A stretch of 64,000 nucleotides of DNA from Schmidtea nova. Lineage: Eukaryota. Below are positions 1-12,214 of the stretch, piece by piece. The position numbers were made by a program, and so were the translations under genes. The stretch lies in assembly GCA_044892505.1 (NCBI GenBank), contig CM097884.1, positions 17,298,001-17,362,000 on the forward strand, read 5' to 3'. How positions within the stretch are numbered: position 1 is the first letter of the stretch; each line of letters begins with the position of its first letter. The notes below the pieces were generated by a model. The model was given only the letters and a program-made list of their open reading frames with translations. It ran no database searches and was not told where the DNA came from.

Positions 1-1077
1 ATTGATGGTGTTGCCATGTGCTCACCTTTAGCTTCTACACTGGCATCTATTTTTATGTCAAGTTTAGAAAATAAATTTATAAATTGTAGTGTGAATAAAC
101 CCTTAGTATATAAACGTTATGTTGATGATATTTTTCTTGTATTTAAGAATAAAGAACATGTTGAGCCTTTTTTGTATTATATGAATGATTTGCATAAAAA
201 TATTAAATTTACTTTTGAAGAAGAAATTAATTCTAAAATATCATTTCTTGATTTGTTGATTGAAAAGAAAGAGAAACATTTTAAAACTGAAATCTATAGG
301 AAAAAAACAGATACTGGTTTGTATACATCACCGGAAAGCTTTTGCGATTTTAAATATAAAATAAATATAATAAAAGGATTGGTTTATCGTTCTTGGACAT
401 TGCCGTCAACTTATTATAAATCTATAAATAGTATTGATAAATTATTTAAATTACTACAGAATAATGGATATTCAAAATGTTTCTTGCAACGAATGGTGAG
501 CAAAACTGTTCATAAGTGTATTAAAAAGTTGAATGTTATTGATGAAAAAATTTCTCCTGGTGTTGATCCGTTTAATACCCCGTATAGTGCTCATTTGATT
601 GAAACCGGTGATGTTGTTATGGGAATAAATGATGGTGTTGATTGTAATAATAATAATGAAATAAATAAAAGTAACTTGAATGATTGCATTGGTTCTGTTA
701 TAGTTTTACCGTTTTCAGAGGGATTTGTAAATTTTAAAAATCTATTATGAAGAATTTTGGAAATACTAATGTTAAAATAATTTCTAAGTCTTGCAAAGTT
801 CGGGACATGTTCAGTAATAAATCTGTGACAACATTTGGTCTGAGTTCTGATCTCGTATATGGTTTTACCTGTAATGTCACATACATTGGAGAGACTGCCC
901 GTCATCTCTGTACACGAGTTCAAGAACATGCCAGAAAGAGCGGAGAGTAACATTATTGAGCATAATAAGACTTGCAAGAAGAGCATTGATGATAACATCA
1001 TTTTATCCAAAAATAAACATACAAAATGCAATATCTACATGCATTTTGAGAGTGTTTCATTAATTTTACTAGGGTAA
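1..1077 (+). mobile_element. Penelope-like retroelement remnant (RT C-terminal half, frameshift, GIY-YIG endonuclease)
   Basis: Frame from base 1 reads IDGVAMCSPL...YKRYVDDIF...SFLDLLI...YRKKTDTG, matching PLE RT motifs (GxxMGSPL, YVDD, FLD, YRKxT). After a frameshift near 750, LVYGFTCNVTYIGETARHLCTRVQEH matches the GIY-YIG of PLEs. 5' part lies outside the window. Confidence 0.9.
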
Positions 1078-1167
1078 ATTAAAAATTTTATTGGATTATG
1101 CACATGTAATTATGTAATCACTATTAAGCGTATAAAAAAGATTAATTTTTATTTTATTGAGATTGTG

Positions 1168-1220
1168 GAAAGCCTGATGATGACAGCTGAGCTGTTGAAA
1201 TATATTGCAGTAATATATTT
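1168..1220 (+). ncRNA. Hammerhead-ribozyme-like motif at PLE 3' end (stem I degenerate)
   Basis: CTGATGA-t-GACAGC tga GCTGTT-GAAA-TATATT...AATATAT gives the hammerhead core, stem II and a possible stem III. Stem I pairing is poor. PLE terminal repeats are known to carry hammerheads. Confidence 0.5.
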
Positions 1221-4200
1221 AAAAAGATGGTGTTCTCTTATTTATATCAATAAATTGCNNNNNNNNNNNNNNNNNNNNNNNNNNNNNNNNNNNNNNNNNN
1301 NNNNNNNNNNNNNNNNNNNNNNNNNNNNNNNNNNNNNNNNNNNNNNNNNNNNNNNNNNNNNNNNNNNNNNNNNNNNNNNNNNNNNNNNNNNNNNNNNNNN
1401 NNNNNNNNNNNNNNNNNNNNNNNNNNNNNNNNNNNNNNNNNNNNNNNNNNNNNNNNNNNNNNNNNNNNNNNNNNNNNNNNNNNNNNNNNNNNNNNNNNNN
1501 NNNNNNNNNNNNNNNNATTACACATATTATTATAAAAATTACATTAAAATTATGCCAATAAATTTTTTATCTATTGTTATTTTAGCTTTATCGCGATTTT
1601 CATCACGGAATACTATTTTGTAAATATTTTGATAAACAGATCATGAATTAAATTAAAAAGAAAATTATAACTATTTTAAAATATCTCTCAATTTATTTCA
1701 ATTTTTCTTAATTTATTTCAATAATTAAATTAAATATCCATTAAACTAACCAATCAAAAGTGTTGCAATTGTTTTTATGGGTTTATCGGAAAAAATGTTC
1801 GGAATAAACCAGTCTTTCCATTTTGTAATGAATTGTTCCATAATAATAGCAGGCGGGCGATCTTCTGAAATACAAAAGCAATATTAATGACAAATGTATA
1901 TATAAAAATATTGAAGTTCTTTCATAAAAAAAATTATCTTTCATGTTGAAATTGATTCAAATCTTTTCGATTTCCGCTTTATAATCATTAGATTTCATTA
2001 ATCCCCATGAAATGTTTGAAAATTTTATTTACCGAAATTTTTTTGTCCATTTTTTAACAATAGAATTTAAATGCGCAAAATATTTTTTCAATGAAAACCT
2101 ATAATGATTTTTAATTATCTTTAATAAAGTTTAATTTATTTTTTTTCGATTTTAAATATAAATTTAATAATTTTACTAATATCTTTGAATACAAATAGTA
2201 AATAGAATAATCTCTCTGTTTGTGATTGAATTCTTTGAGAAATTATTTAAATAATTCGTATAAATATAATAATAATAATAAATTTATAAAATAAAAATAT
2301 TGCCTAAACTAAACTTTATTTAAATTAGTAAATTATATGAAAATTAAAAATGTGTTTATTATATTTAATTATTCTTTAGGCATCTCATGCCATTGTAAAC
2401 ATTAATTGTGTTTGCACTTATTTACTGTCATACAGAAGTGATACCCATATTTTGTTATATTTATGATATTCCATAATATTGAAAATAAATAATTTTAAAA
2501 TATAAAATTTGCTATAAAAATTCGCTATAAAATCAGTATTTTTTTAATTTTTAATTATTAGTAATTAGTAATTTAATATTAATTAATTCAATTAATTCAA
2601 TTTATTTGGTTTATTTAATTTATTTTAATTTTATAGTAAATTTTATAGCGACGCAAAACGGGGCCCTGGTTTATATGCGTGTGTGCCTTTGCTTGCGCTA
2701 CCCTTGTCTACCCTTAATTTATTTCCATATTTTACTATTTTATCAGTTGAAATCTATCTATTTCATTAATTACACTAGATAATAATTACACTAAATATAT
2801 AATAAATGAATATAACTGACTCAAAATAAAACTTCTTTGGAAAAGTAATTAAAATACAATATTCTATCTTTCTCAATTATTATTAAAGTTGTATCTCTGA
2901 TAATTTGCCGTATTACAAATGCGGCCGTCATATTATTTTACTTGGTATTTTAATTAGTTTTATTTTAAATTCTCTTTGTCAAAAACATAACAAATAATTG
3001 GCAAAAACAAATGTAAGCTAATATTAATTACTGCGCCATTTCCCAAGATTATAATGTCACTGACAATCATCCATAAATAATTATATTTAATTTCACAAAA
3101 AAATAAATCACGAATCACTAATAAAACTTGAATGATTGTCACTTTTATTGTGATTTTGATTTAATATTAACATAAAAATTAATTAATACTGATAAAAATT
3201 AATACTATTAATAATATTATTACATCGTATGCCAATCACCAACAATTACAAAAAATAAGAGTAATTATAATTTGTCAAATTTTGTTGATTTTGTCATTTT
3301 ATGGACTTTTTCAAAAATTGCAAGTTTTTTTGTTAAGTTTAATAATTAAAAAATTTAAAATTTAAAAATTTATTAAAAATAAAGAAAAATCTCAAAAATG
3401 TCAATGTATGAAATTATATTTAAATTTAAATATTTCTATAAAAATTATTTGTTTTAAAAAGAATGTATTTTCTGGACGAGTAAAATTTTTCGCATATTTG
3501 CAAGCATGTCTACGATTTTATTATAGAAAATTATTGAATATTTTGTTTTAATAATAAAAAGTCAATTGATTGATATCCGATTAAGAATTTAGTCTTGACA
3601 CTAGATCAGAAATTACAATACACGAGTGTTAATATAGAATACCTTCATGAATGTTTTTCTAACAAATCCGTTTTTATAGTGAATATTTGGTTTGCCTATT
3701 GTTATATGATATTAAATGATTATGTATGTTATAATTATTTTGTTTTATATTATTATGGTGTGGGCTGATGTGGAGGATTGAAGAGCCCAACAGAGTCTCT
3801 GGTAAAAAATGTGCATGGACTGTTATGATGAGTGCTGTGTACAGTTGTGTGAATGCGTGTGTGTGTATATAATTATGATGTAACAATTAATTAAACAAAA
3901 AAATTGTTTAACACATTTTATTTAATAAATTATTATATAACTAAGCTACTACTCACGTATACAAGGATAGAAAAACATAAAACATCAGTCATAAAGGTTC
4001 AACCAGTCTTCTTTATATTTTTATCTTTTTCATATATTGTGAATTTTCGACAGTTATTTTCTAGAAGTTTCTTAGATAATTTTTCTTATCTTCTTGTCAA
4101 TTTTTCTTTAGTTATTAAATCGTTTTTTATTTGTTTTATTCTATTTATTCTTTGTAGGCCTTCTTATTTCTATAGGAATATTTTTTTAATGTCATAAATA

Positions 4201-4623
4201 ACTTTTTTAATTGTTTATTAATTTTGTTTTTATTAAAATTTTTTATTTTGAATTTTTTTATAATTATAATTAAAATTTTCATTGTCATTGTCATTCTGAC
4301 AAAAAATAAAAAATAGGGGGGGGGGGTTATCCGGTGTCCGTAAGGACGCCCACCATAATAATAATAGAAAAATAATAATACACAAATAAACATAAACAAC
4401 AATAATCATATCATTACGGTATTAAAACCTATTAACTACATTTTGCATCTATTAACTAATTTAATTTTTTCAAAGTATATTATAAATCTACCATTTTGAA
4501 AAAGTAACAAGGTAATTATTTAAAAGATAGTATTTTGATTTCAATGAGATAATTATACAAGCTTCGTAATTATAATATTAATCATCATGATTTTTTTTCA
4601 TTATATTTTTCATATATTTGATA

Positions 4624-4626
<3 letters not shown>

Positions 4627-4697
<71 letters not shown>

Positions 4698-4698
4698 T
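4627..4698. repeat. (AT)n followed by (AAT)n microsatellite
   Basis: Directly visible. Confidence 0.95.
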
Positions 4699-4988
4699 TA
4701 ACATTTAGCTTCATGTCATAATAATCTCATAGAAATTTAGTTTTCTTGATAAATTTTTTTAAAAAAGTATTATCAAATATTCCATAAATAACTCTTGAAA
4801 CACTTTTATTCTTCTTTCTTTCATTTGAAGAAAATATTACTCTCCAAAGATATCTTTTTTTTGCAGCATTTGGGAAAAAACGATGGATATGCTGATAATA
4901 ACTTTTGAGATTTTTGAATCCATCTTTTTGTAATTCATTCTATTTTTCCATTATCTTCGGAAATCTTTGATTAACTGCCACCGATTTT

Positions 4989-5099
4989 TTATTTTATTAT
5001 AAAGCCAAATTCTTTATACTGAAATATTATTGCTTTAATTGTGTTTTTTGTAATTCCTAACAGTCTGCCAAATTCTAAATAATCCTCCCCAATTTCCAT
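4989..5099 (-). pseudogene. Possible death-domain-like fragment
   Basis: Manual translation MEIGEDYLEFGRLLGITKNTIKAIIFQY resembles the death-domain pattern LGxDWxxLAxxLGxxxxxIxxI. Short, with an in-frame stop just upstream and downstream. Confidence 0.3.
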
Positions 5100-6460
5100 G
5101 GTATTCACGATTTTGACTTGTCACCTTCTGAAATTCTGTTACAATATAACATTTTTAAAATTTTAGCCAATAAAACCTACTTTTTTCTAGTATTTCTTTC
5201 TATACAAAGCCCCTACAGAACTTGATTGTTCTTCATTAAATGATATTCTATAAAAATTTTGATTTAATTATGTATTAAAAAATAATTTTTACAAATTTAG
5301 CTGGTCATTTTCCTAAAAGCTTCAGAAATATCGGAATTGCTATAAAAATTTAATTAATTATTAAATGAAAAAAGAAATCTTACAATATGCCCTTTTAAAA
5401 AATGTTTTCAATGATTTTCTTTTGATTTAATTTTAAAAATCGATAAAAAATAATTAATATGAAGAAGATACCAACTTTTTGTGTGTGTAAAATTTATTAT
5501 TGGGTAATAGTGATTGATTAAATTTGCACCTATTAAAAGTTTGCATTTAATTTTTACTTTATAATGCCTTTTTGTGGTTTTCAAAATTTTCCATCATTTT
5601 TGTCTACCACATAATAAAAGATGTTAGTTAATGTTAGCACACCGACAACACACAAGTGAGTGTTTGAAATTTCTATAGTATAATCTTATTTTATATTATA
5701 GGAGCTGCTACTCATCGTTGTATGGTGTACATTATTTTAAATGATACATACTGTATTTAGTCAATGCATGCATTAACTAGTGAGTGTATACACACACTGA
5801 TTCACATTAGTGATAGTATTAGTTGAATGATTCTAACCTCAAAATTTTAAAGACTTGTGCTAGTTGTGTCTACTGCAAATAGAAATCTTGCGAAATTTAC
5901 GAAAAAGATTATGTAAAAAACACTAATTTATTAATAAATTATAAATAAATTTAATAAAAATTAATAAATCAATTGTAAAAATATCTGTAAAACTTATGAT
6001 AAAAATACTAATTTAATAATAAATAATAAATAAATTTAATAAAAATTAATAAATAAATTGTAAAAATATCTATCAAATATTACAGTATATAATAAACAAA
6101 CCATTGAAATACTTTAACTAATCTACTTGTGTAATCTATTTGTGTATACTTTCTCTGATTAGGTAAGTTAAGGTATACTTTAGCTAGTGGGTGTATATAT
6201 TGACTAAGTTGATGCTTTAACTCTAACATATATTTTACATATTTTACATTTATTTATATTTTCCAATCAAAATATATTTAACTTTAAATTGAAAGAATAA
6301 TTGTAAAATTTTCCTATTTTAATTAGAAAAAATCTGGACTTATAAATTGGCATTAATCTCATTATTTAATTATAAATATTATTACTGTATTGGTGACTGT
6401 CTTTAAACAAAATTATTTTACCTACCAACTCCACATTTATGTGTAACTTATAAATGCATG

Positions 6461-6461
<1 letters not shown>

Positions 6462-6538
<77 letters not shown>
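6462..6538. repeat. (AT)n microsatellite
   Basis: Directly visible. Confidence 0.95.
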
Positions 6539-6544
<6 letters not shown>

Positions 6545-7003
6545 AATTTATATATCTAATTTTTCATATTTTCTTTGATTTAGTTTAATATATTAAAATA
6601 TAAAAAAATTTTTAATTAACAATAAATATTTGAGTAACAAATTCCAGTTTGAAGACCACTGGACTTGTTAATTAATGATTTATTAGTGACTAGTTAAAAA
6701 CAATATTTTAAATATTTTAAAATTTATTTTGTATTTTTATGAATTCATTATTTTTAATTACTAATATTAAACATTATTTAAATTCTTTTCTCCAAAACTA
6801 ATAGCATCCGGATTTAAAATTTTCCTACAGGGGTATTTAAATAAATACTTGTTTTTTGTTTTAACTTTGATTTTAATATTAGCTAATAAAAATAAAAACA
6901 TTTTGCATAGTTTTGAAGTAAGAATATTTAAAGTATCATTTTTAACATTCAATTACAACCGTAAGGATTTACGAAAAAAATATTATATCATTTCAAAACT
7001 TAC

Positions 7004-7150
7004 TTGCAATGCATAAAGCTGCATCTTCGTCATATTTTTCTGGACAATCAGGTTCGCCATCACATATGAAGTCAAACGACAAACACTTCCCGGGAGTTTT
7101 GCAAGGCCAAGGTGCACTTTCTGGACATCCATTTCCAGAACGGCTTTCTC
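7004..7150 (-). CDS. Internal exon encoding an LDL-receptor class A module, prohormone-4/IDLSRF-precursor-like
   Basis: 147-nt phase 1-1 exon bounded by ...ttaag acceptor (7152-7151) and gtaagt donor (7003-6998). It translates ESRSGNGCPESAPWPCKTPGKCLSFDFICDGEPDCPEKYDEDAALCIA: six Cys, CDGxxDC and DE motifs. The ending DEDxxLCxA matches my recollection of prohormone-4. Confidence 0.75.
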
Positions 7151-7858
7151 CTTAATTCATATAATTATAATATTTATGTAAACAATCAGTAAATTAACAC
7201 AATTTTGTGAAATATTTATTGCCGAAACTTCGTGTTGAAAAAGAAAAAATCAATGTTTTGATCCATTGGTTGAAATAAGATAAAAAGAATCAAATAATAT
7301 TAAATAACAAAATGAACAAAGATAAAGTAAATAAAAGATTTTATTGATATTAAAATGTTTAATATTCATAGAAATCCTAAGCAATACGTAAAATTNNNNN
7401 NNNNNNNNNNNNNNNNNNNNNNNNNNNNNNNNNNNNNNNNNNNNNNNNNNNNNNNNNNNNNNNNNNNNNNNNNNNNNNNNNNNNNNNNNNNNNNNNNNNN
7501 NNNNNNNNNNNNNNNNNNNNNNNNNNNNNNNNNNNNNNNNNNNNNNNNNNNNNNNNNNNNNNNNNNNNNNNNNNNNNNNNNNNNNNNNNNNNNNNNNNNN
7601 NNNNNNNNNNNNNNNNNNNNNNNNNNNNNNNNNNNNNNNNNNNNNNNNNNNNNNNNNNNNNNNNNNNNNNNNNNNNNNNNNNNNNNNNNNNNNNNNNNNN
7701 NNNNNNNNNNNNNNNNNNNNNNNNNNNNNNNNNNNNNNNNNNNNNNNNNNNNNNNNNNNNNNNNNNNNNNNNNNNNNNNNNNNNNNNNNNNNNNNNNNNN
7801 NNNNNNNNNNNNNNNNNNNNNNNNNNNNNNNNNNNNNNNNNNNNNNNNNNNNNNNNNN

Positions 7859-7958
7859 ACCTTTGATCTTTTTTTATTATTATTATCAATAATTCTCATA
7901 ATGACTATAGATCAAAATTTTTTTTTATAAACAATAACACAATATTTCGGCACAGCCT
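7859..7958. repeat. Arm of ~150 bp hammerhead-containing repeat (between gaps)
   Basis: ACCTTTGATC...GACTATAGATCAAAA...TTTCGGCACAGCCT matches the other copies. Confidence 0.9.
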
Positions 7959-8596
7959 NNNNNNNNNNNNNNNNNNNNNNNNNNNNNNNNNNNNNNNNNN
8001 NNNNNNNNNNNNNNNNNNNNNNNNNNNNNNNNNNNNNNNNNNNNNNNNNNNNNNNNNNNNNNNNNNNNNNNNNNNNNNNNNNNNNNNNNNNNNNNNNNNN
8101 NNNNNNNNNNNNNNNNNNNNNNNNNNNNNNNNNNNNNNNNNNNNNNNNNNNNNNNNNNNNNNNNNNNNNNNNNNNNNNNNNNNNNNNNNNNNNNNNNNNN
8201 NNNNNNNNNNNNNNNNNNNNNNNNNNNNNNNNNNNNNNNNNNNNNNNNNNNNNNNNNNNNNNNNNNNNNNNNNNNNNNNNNNNNNNNNNNNNNNNNNNNN
8301 NNNNNNNNNNNNNNNNNNNNNNNNNNNNNNNNNNNNNNNNNNNNNNNNNNNNNNNNNNNNNNNNNNNNNNNNNNNNNNNNNNNNNNNNNNNNNNNNNNNN
8401 NNNNNNNNNNNNNNNNNNNNNNNNNNNNNNNNNNNNNNNNNNNNNNNNNNNNNNNNNNNNNNNNNNNNNNNNNNNNNNNNNNNNNNNNNNNNNNNNNNNN
8501 NNNNNNNNNNNNNNNNNNNNNNNNNNNNNNNNNNNNNNNNNNNNNNNNNNNNNNNNNNNNNNNNNNNNNNNNNNNNNNNNNNNNNNNNNNNNNNNN

Positions 8597-8696
8597 ACCT
8601 TTGATCTTTTTTTATTATTATTATCAATAATTCTCATAATGACTATAGATCAAAATTTTTTTTTATAAACAATAACACAATATTTCGGCACAGCCT
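8597..8696. repeat. Arm of ~150 bp hammerhead-containing repeat (between gaps)
   Basis: Near-identical to 7859-7958. Confidence 0.9.
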
Positions 8697-9899
8697 NNNN
8701 NNNNNNNNNNNNNNNNNNNNNNNNNNNNNNNNNNNNNNNNNNNNNNNNNNNNNNNNNNNNNNNNNNNNNNNNNNNNNNNNNNNNNNNNNNNNNNNNNNNN
8801 NNNNNNNNNNNNNNNNNNNNNNNNNNNNNNNNNNNNNNNNNNNNNNNNNNNNNNNNNNNNNNNNNNNNNNNNNNNNNNNNNNNNNNNNNNNNNNNNNNNN
8901 NNNNNNNNNNNNNNNNNNNNNNNNNNNNNNNNNNNNNNNNNNNNNNNNNNNNNNNNNNNNNNNNNNNNNNNNNNNNNNNNNNNNNNNNNNNNNNNNNNNN
9001 NNNNNNNNNNNNNNNNNNNNNNNNNNNNNNNNNNNNNNNNNNNNNNNNNNNNNNNNNNNNNNNNNNNNNNNNNNNNNNNNNNNNNNNNNNNNNNNNNNNN
9101 NNNNNNNNNNNNNNNNNNNNNNNNNNNNNNNNNNNNNNNNNNNNNNNNNNNNNNNNNNNNNNNNNNNNNNNNNNNNNNNNNNNNNNNNNNNNNNNNNNNN
9201 NNNNNNNNNNNNNNNNNNNNNNNNNNNNNNNNNNNNNNNNNNNNNNNNNNNNNNNNNNNNNNNNNNNNNNNNNNNNNNNNNNNNNNNNNNNNNNNNNNNN
9301 NNNNNNNNNNNNNNNNNNNNNNNNNNNNNNNNNNNNNNNNNNNNNNNNNNNNNNNNNNNNNNNNNNNNNNNNNNNNNNNNNNNNNNNNNNNNNNNNNNNN
9401 NNNNNNNNNNNNNNNNNNNNNNNNNNNNNNNNNNNNNNNNNNNNNNNNNNNNNNNNNNNNNNNNNNNNNNNNNNNNNNNNNNNNNNNNNNNNNNNNNNNN
9501 NNNNNNNNNNNNNNNNNNNNNNNNNNNNNNNNNNNNNNNNNNNNNNNNNNNNNNNNNNNNNNNNNNNNNNNNNNNNNNNNNNNNNNNNNNNNNNNNNNNN
9601 NNNNNNTTTTTCTAGAAGAAAGAACAGTGAGAAAGAAGTAAAATGTATGGAAAAGTATTTGTATTTGATGTATTAGAAACTCTTTTGGTCAAAATCTTTC
9701 ATCAAATGAACATTTAGAAAAGACTTATGATTTTAAATGATATTATTATATTTTAAAAGACTCCACTATTACTAAACTAAATCTTATTAATTCCTTTTTA
9801 TTTCAAAAATTTTTTAAGAAGCAACGGCACAAAGCATTATAGAAAATCATCAATTATCATCACTAATAAATCTGCAAACTAATTGAACAGTTTTTTCTT

Positions 9900-10030
9900 G
9901 AACAAGATCATTTTAAGATTTTCCTTGGAAGAAACCTGGCTAGAACTCATTAAACGAAGGTGCGTCGAAATAAAAGTAAATCAAAGTCAATAAGCAGCTT
10001 CAGACGGCGGTCTCTACATACAACAGTGGA
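9900..10030 (+). pseudogene. Possible degenerate APE endonuclease fragment of a non-LTR retrotransposon
   Basis: LEETWLE (ETWL motif) followed ~80 nt later by DGGLYI (GGGVxIY-like), with frame breaks. Confidence 0.3.
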
Positions 10031-10647
10031 GTGAAATGATAAATTGCACTCAATTAAGCCTGAAATGGGGCTTTTATTATCTATCTACATTATTATTATT
10101 AATAATAATATTGAGGTTTATGTCCAGATATGTTTTTCCAGTAATCTGAATCTAGTTTTATTTTAAAAGTAATAAAATCAAATTTTTTAAGCGTGTAGTA
10201 AGAACTAAATTCTGCACTAATTGCGATAATTGTCTTATGTTATTTATTCTTATGCCAACTTGTTGCTCCGCTTAAAGACGGCGCCTAATTGTCAAGCTCT
10301 TATTTGAGGGATCATAGCAATTTATATATTTATATAAGTAATTTAATTTATAGCACTGGACGATTTTTCGAAAAACAGTTTATTCTTTACTGATGTAATT
10401 GTAATTAATAATATAATTGGAACGCTTTATATCAATCAAATTTTCAGAAAATTCAGAGATGATATGAAAAAAAAGTTTCCTATCAAAGATAAAAGTATAA
10501 GTAAAACTTAATTATGGTATTCATAATATTATTAAAATTATTACTTTTATCAAAAATATTGAAACATTCTGTAGCGTATGCGTAGACGAATAATATCAAA
10601 ATAAAATAACACAATCCACTCATCTGAAATTATAAATTAAAATAAGA

Positions 10648-10649
<2 letters not shown>

Positions 10650-10698
<49 letters not shown>

Positions 10699-10854
10699 TA
10701 TCAATAATTCTCATAATGACTATAGATCAAAATTTTTTTTTATAAACACACTTGATAAAGGCTGTGCCGAAATATTGTGTTATTGTTTATAAAAAAAATT
10801 TTGATCTATAGTCATTATGAGAATTATTGATAATAATAATAAAAAAAGATCAAA
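10650..10854. repeat. (AAT)n plus inverted dimer of the hammerhead-containing repeat
   Basis: Partial left arm followed by the reverse-complement arm CTTGATAAAGGCTGTGCCGAAATATTG...AAAGATCAAA running into a gap. Confidence 0.9.
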
Positions 10855-11138
10855 NNNNNNNNNNNNNNNNNNNNNNNNNNNNNNNNNNNNNNNNNNNNNN
10901 NNNNNNNNNNNNNNNNNNNNNNNNNNNNNNNNNNNNNNNNNNNNNNNNNNNNNNNNNNNNNNNNNNNNNNNNNNNNNNNNNNNNNNNNNNNNNNNNNNNN
11001 NNNNNNNNNNNNNNNNNNNNNNNNNNNNNNNNNNNNNNNNNNNNNNNNNNNNNNNNNNNNNNNNNNNNNNNNNNNNNNNNNNNNNNNTACCAGCAAACTT
11101 TGGCTATTTATTCGCTTTTAGTGATTTTGTGGTGCTCC

Positions 11139-11276
11139 CGCGTCTGTGTGCATCTGCGTGGGTATTTATTCTCTTTATCGCGTCTGTGTGCGCGGAAGTT
11201 TTTGTCTGAAGCATTATTGTCAGCGTCTGTGTGCGCATGTTCACCTTGTATTTTTCTATTCGCGTCTGTGTGCGCG
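11139..11276 (+). promoter_or_regulatory. Cluster of four direct CGTCTGTGTGC(GC) motifs, ~40 bp spacing
   Basis: Copies at ~11139, 11179, 11223 and 11261 in AT-rich context, ~220 bp upstream of the ORF at 11496. The same motif occurs at 61309-61495. Regulatory role is inferred. Confidence 0.45.
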
Positions 11277-11495
11277 TTCTAGTTTGAGGTAGTTTTTTTG
11301 GATAGATGTAAATTTGGTAATTTGGATATTTTAGATTTAATTGAGATTGATTTTCTAGATATTCTAGAATTGTTTATTCGTTTGATTTAAGATTGTTTAA
11401 ATATTCCAATTTAGTGGAATTTTTCTGGGGATTTTTTGAAATGCTTTAGTTTTGATCTGTGATTTGAATTTATTGGAGTTGATTCAAAAAATACG

Positions 11496-11948
11496 ATGAG
11501 ATTTTGGGAAGTTGGGAGAGGCGAAATATTAGACAGAGACGAGCCATTATTGATATTAAACGAGAAAGGATTTGTTCTATTCCCAATACAATATGATGAC
11601 ATTTATGCAACATATCAAATGATGGCATCTAAATTCTATATTCTACAGCGATCTGGAACTGAAACCTTTTCTCTGGATAGTTTGCCGATCGCTGAGCAGT
11701 GTATTGTCGAAATCATATTATCGTATTGGAGTTTGGCTTCAGAGCAAAGCTTGACATTCAAGCTCAATAATGATATCAAGATCCCTCAAGCGCGCTGGTT
11801 TTCTGGATCTCAAACCAATGGCCAAACGAATCACAGAGAGCCTCTTTCAGTTCTGTTACGTGGTGTTCATTACAAAAGACAATTTAGTGATTACACACTC
11901 GAGCTGCTCGCTTCTTTGATGAAAACATTGTTTGACAGGAATAAATAA
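11496..11948 (+). pseudogene. Divergent, truncated ribonucleotide reductase small subunit (R2)-like ORF
   Basis: DEPLLILNEKGFVLFPIQYDDIY aligns to R2 [33 protein letters not shown] aligns to VLAFFAASD. IKIPQARWFSGSQTNGQTNHREPLSVLL aligns to [27 protein letters not shown]. Only the N-terminal ~40% is present. Confidence 0.75.
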
Positions 11949-11972
11949 TATTATTTGATTTTTGTTCGAATC

Positions 11973-12214
11973 AATAATAATAATAATATCATAATTATCT
12001 TTTTTCACCTTTGATCCTTTTTTAGTATTAATATCGATAATTCCCATAATGAATGACTATAGATCAAAGTTTCTTTAAATAAGTACACAATATTTCGGCA
12101 CATCCTTTATCACAGCCTTTATCACAGCCTTTATCACAGCCTTTATACGCACTTGATAAAGGCTGTGCCGAAAAATTGTGTACTTGTTTAAAGAAATTTT
12201 GATCTATAGTCATC
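11973..12214. repeat. Inverted dimer of the hammerhead-containing repeat with central tandem TTTATCACAGCC copies
   Basis: Arm, then 3-4 tandem CCTTTATCACAG copies, then the reverse-complement arm; slightly diverged. Confidence 0.9.

Noticed and set aside
4333-4350. GGTGTCC-GTAA-GGACGCC hairpin as a Helitron 3' end or terminator
   Set aside because: No CTRR terminus or matching 5' TC end found; an isolated hairpin is insufficient.
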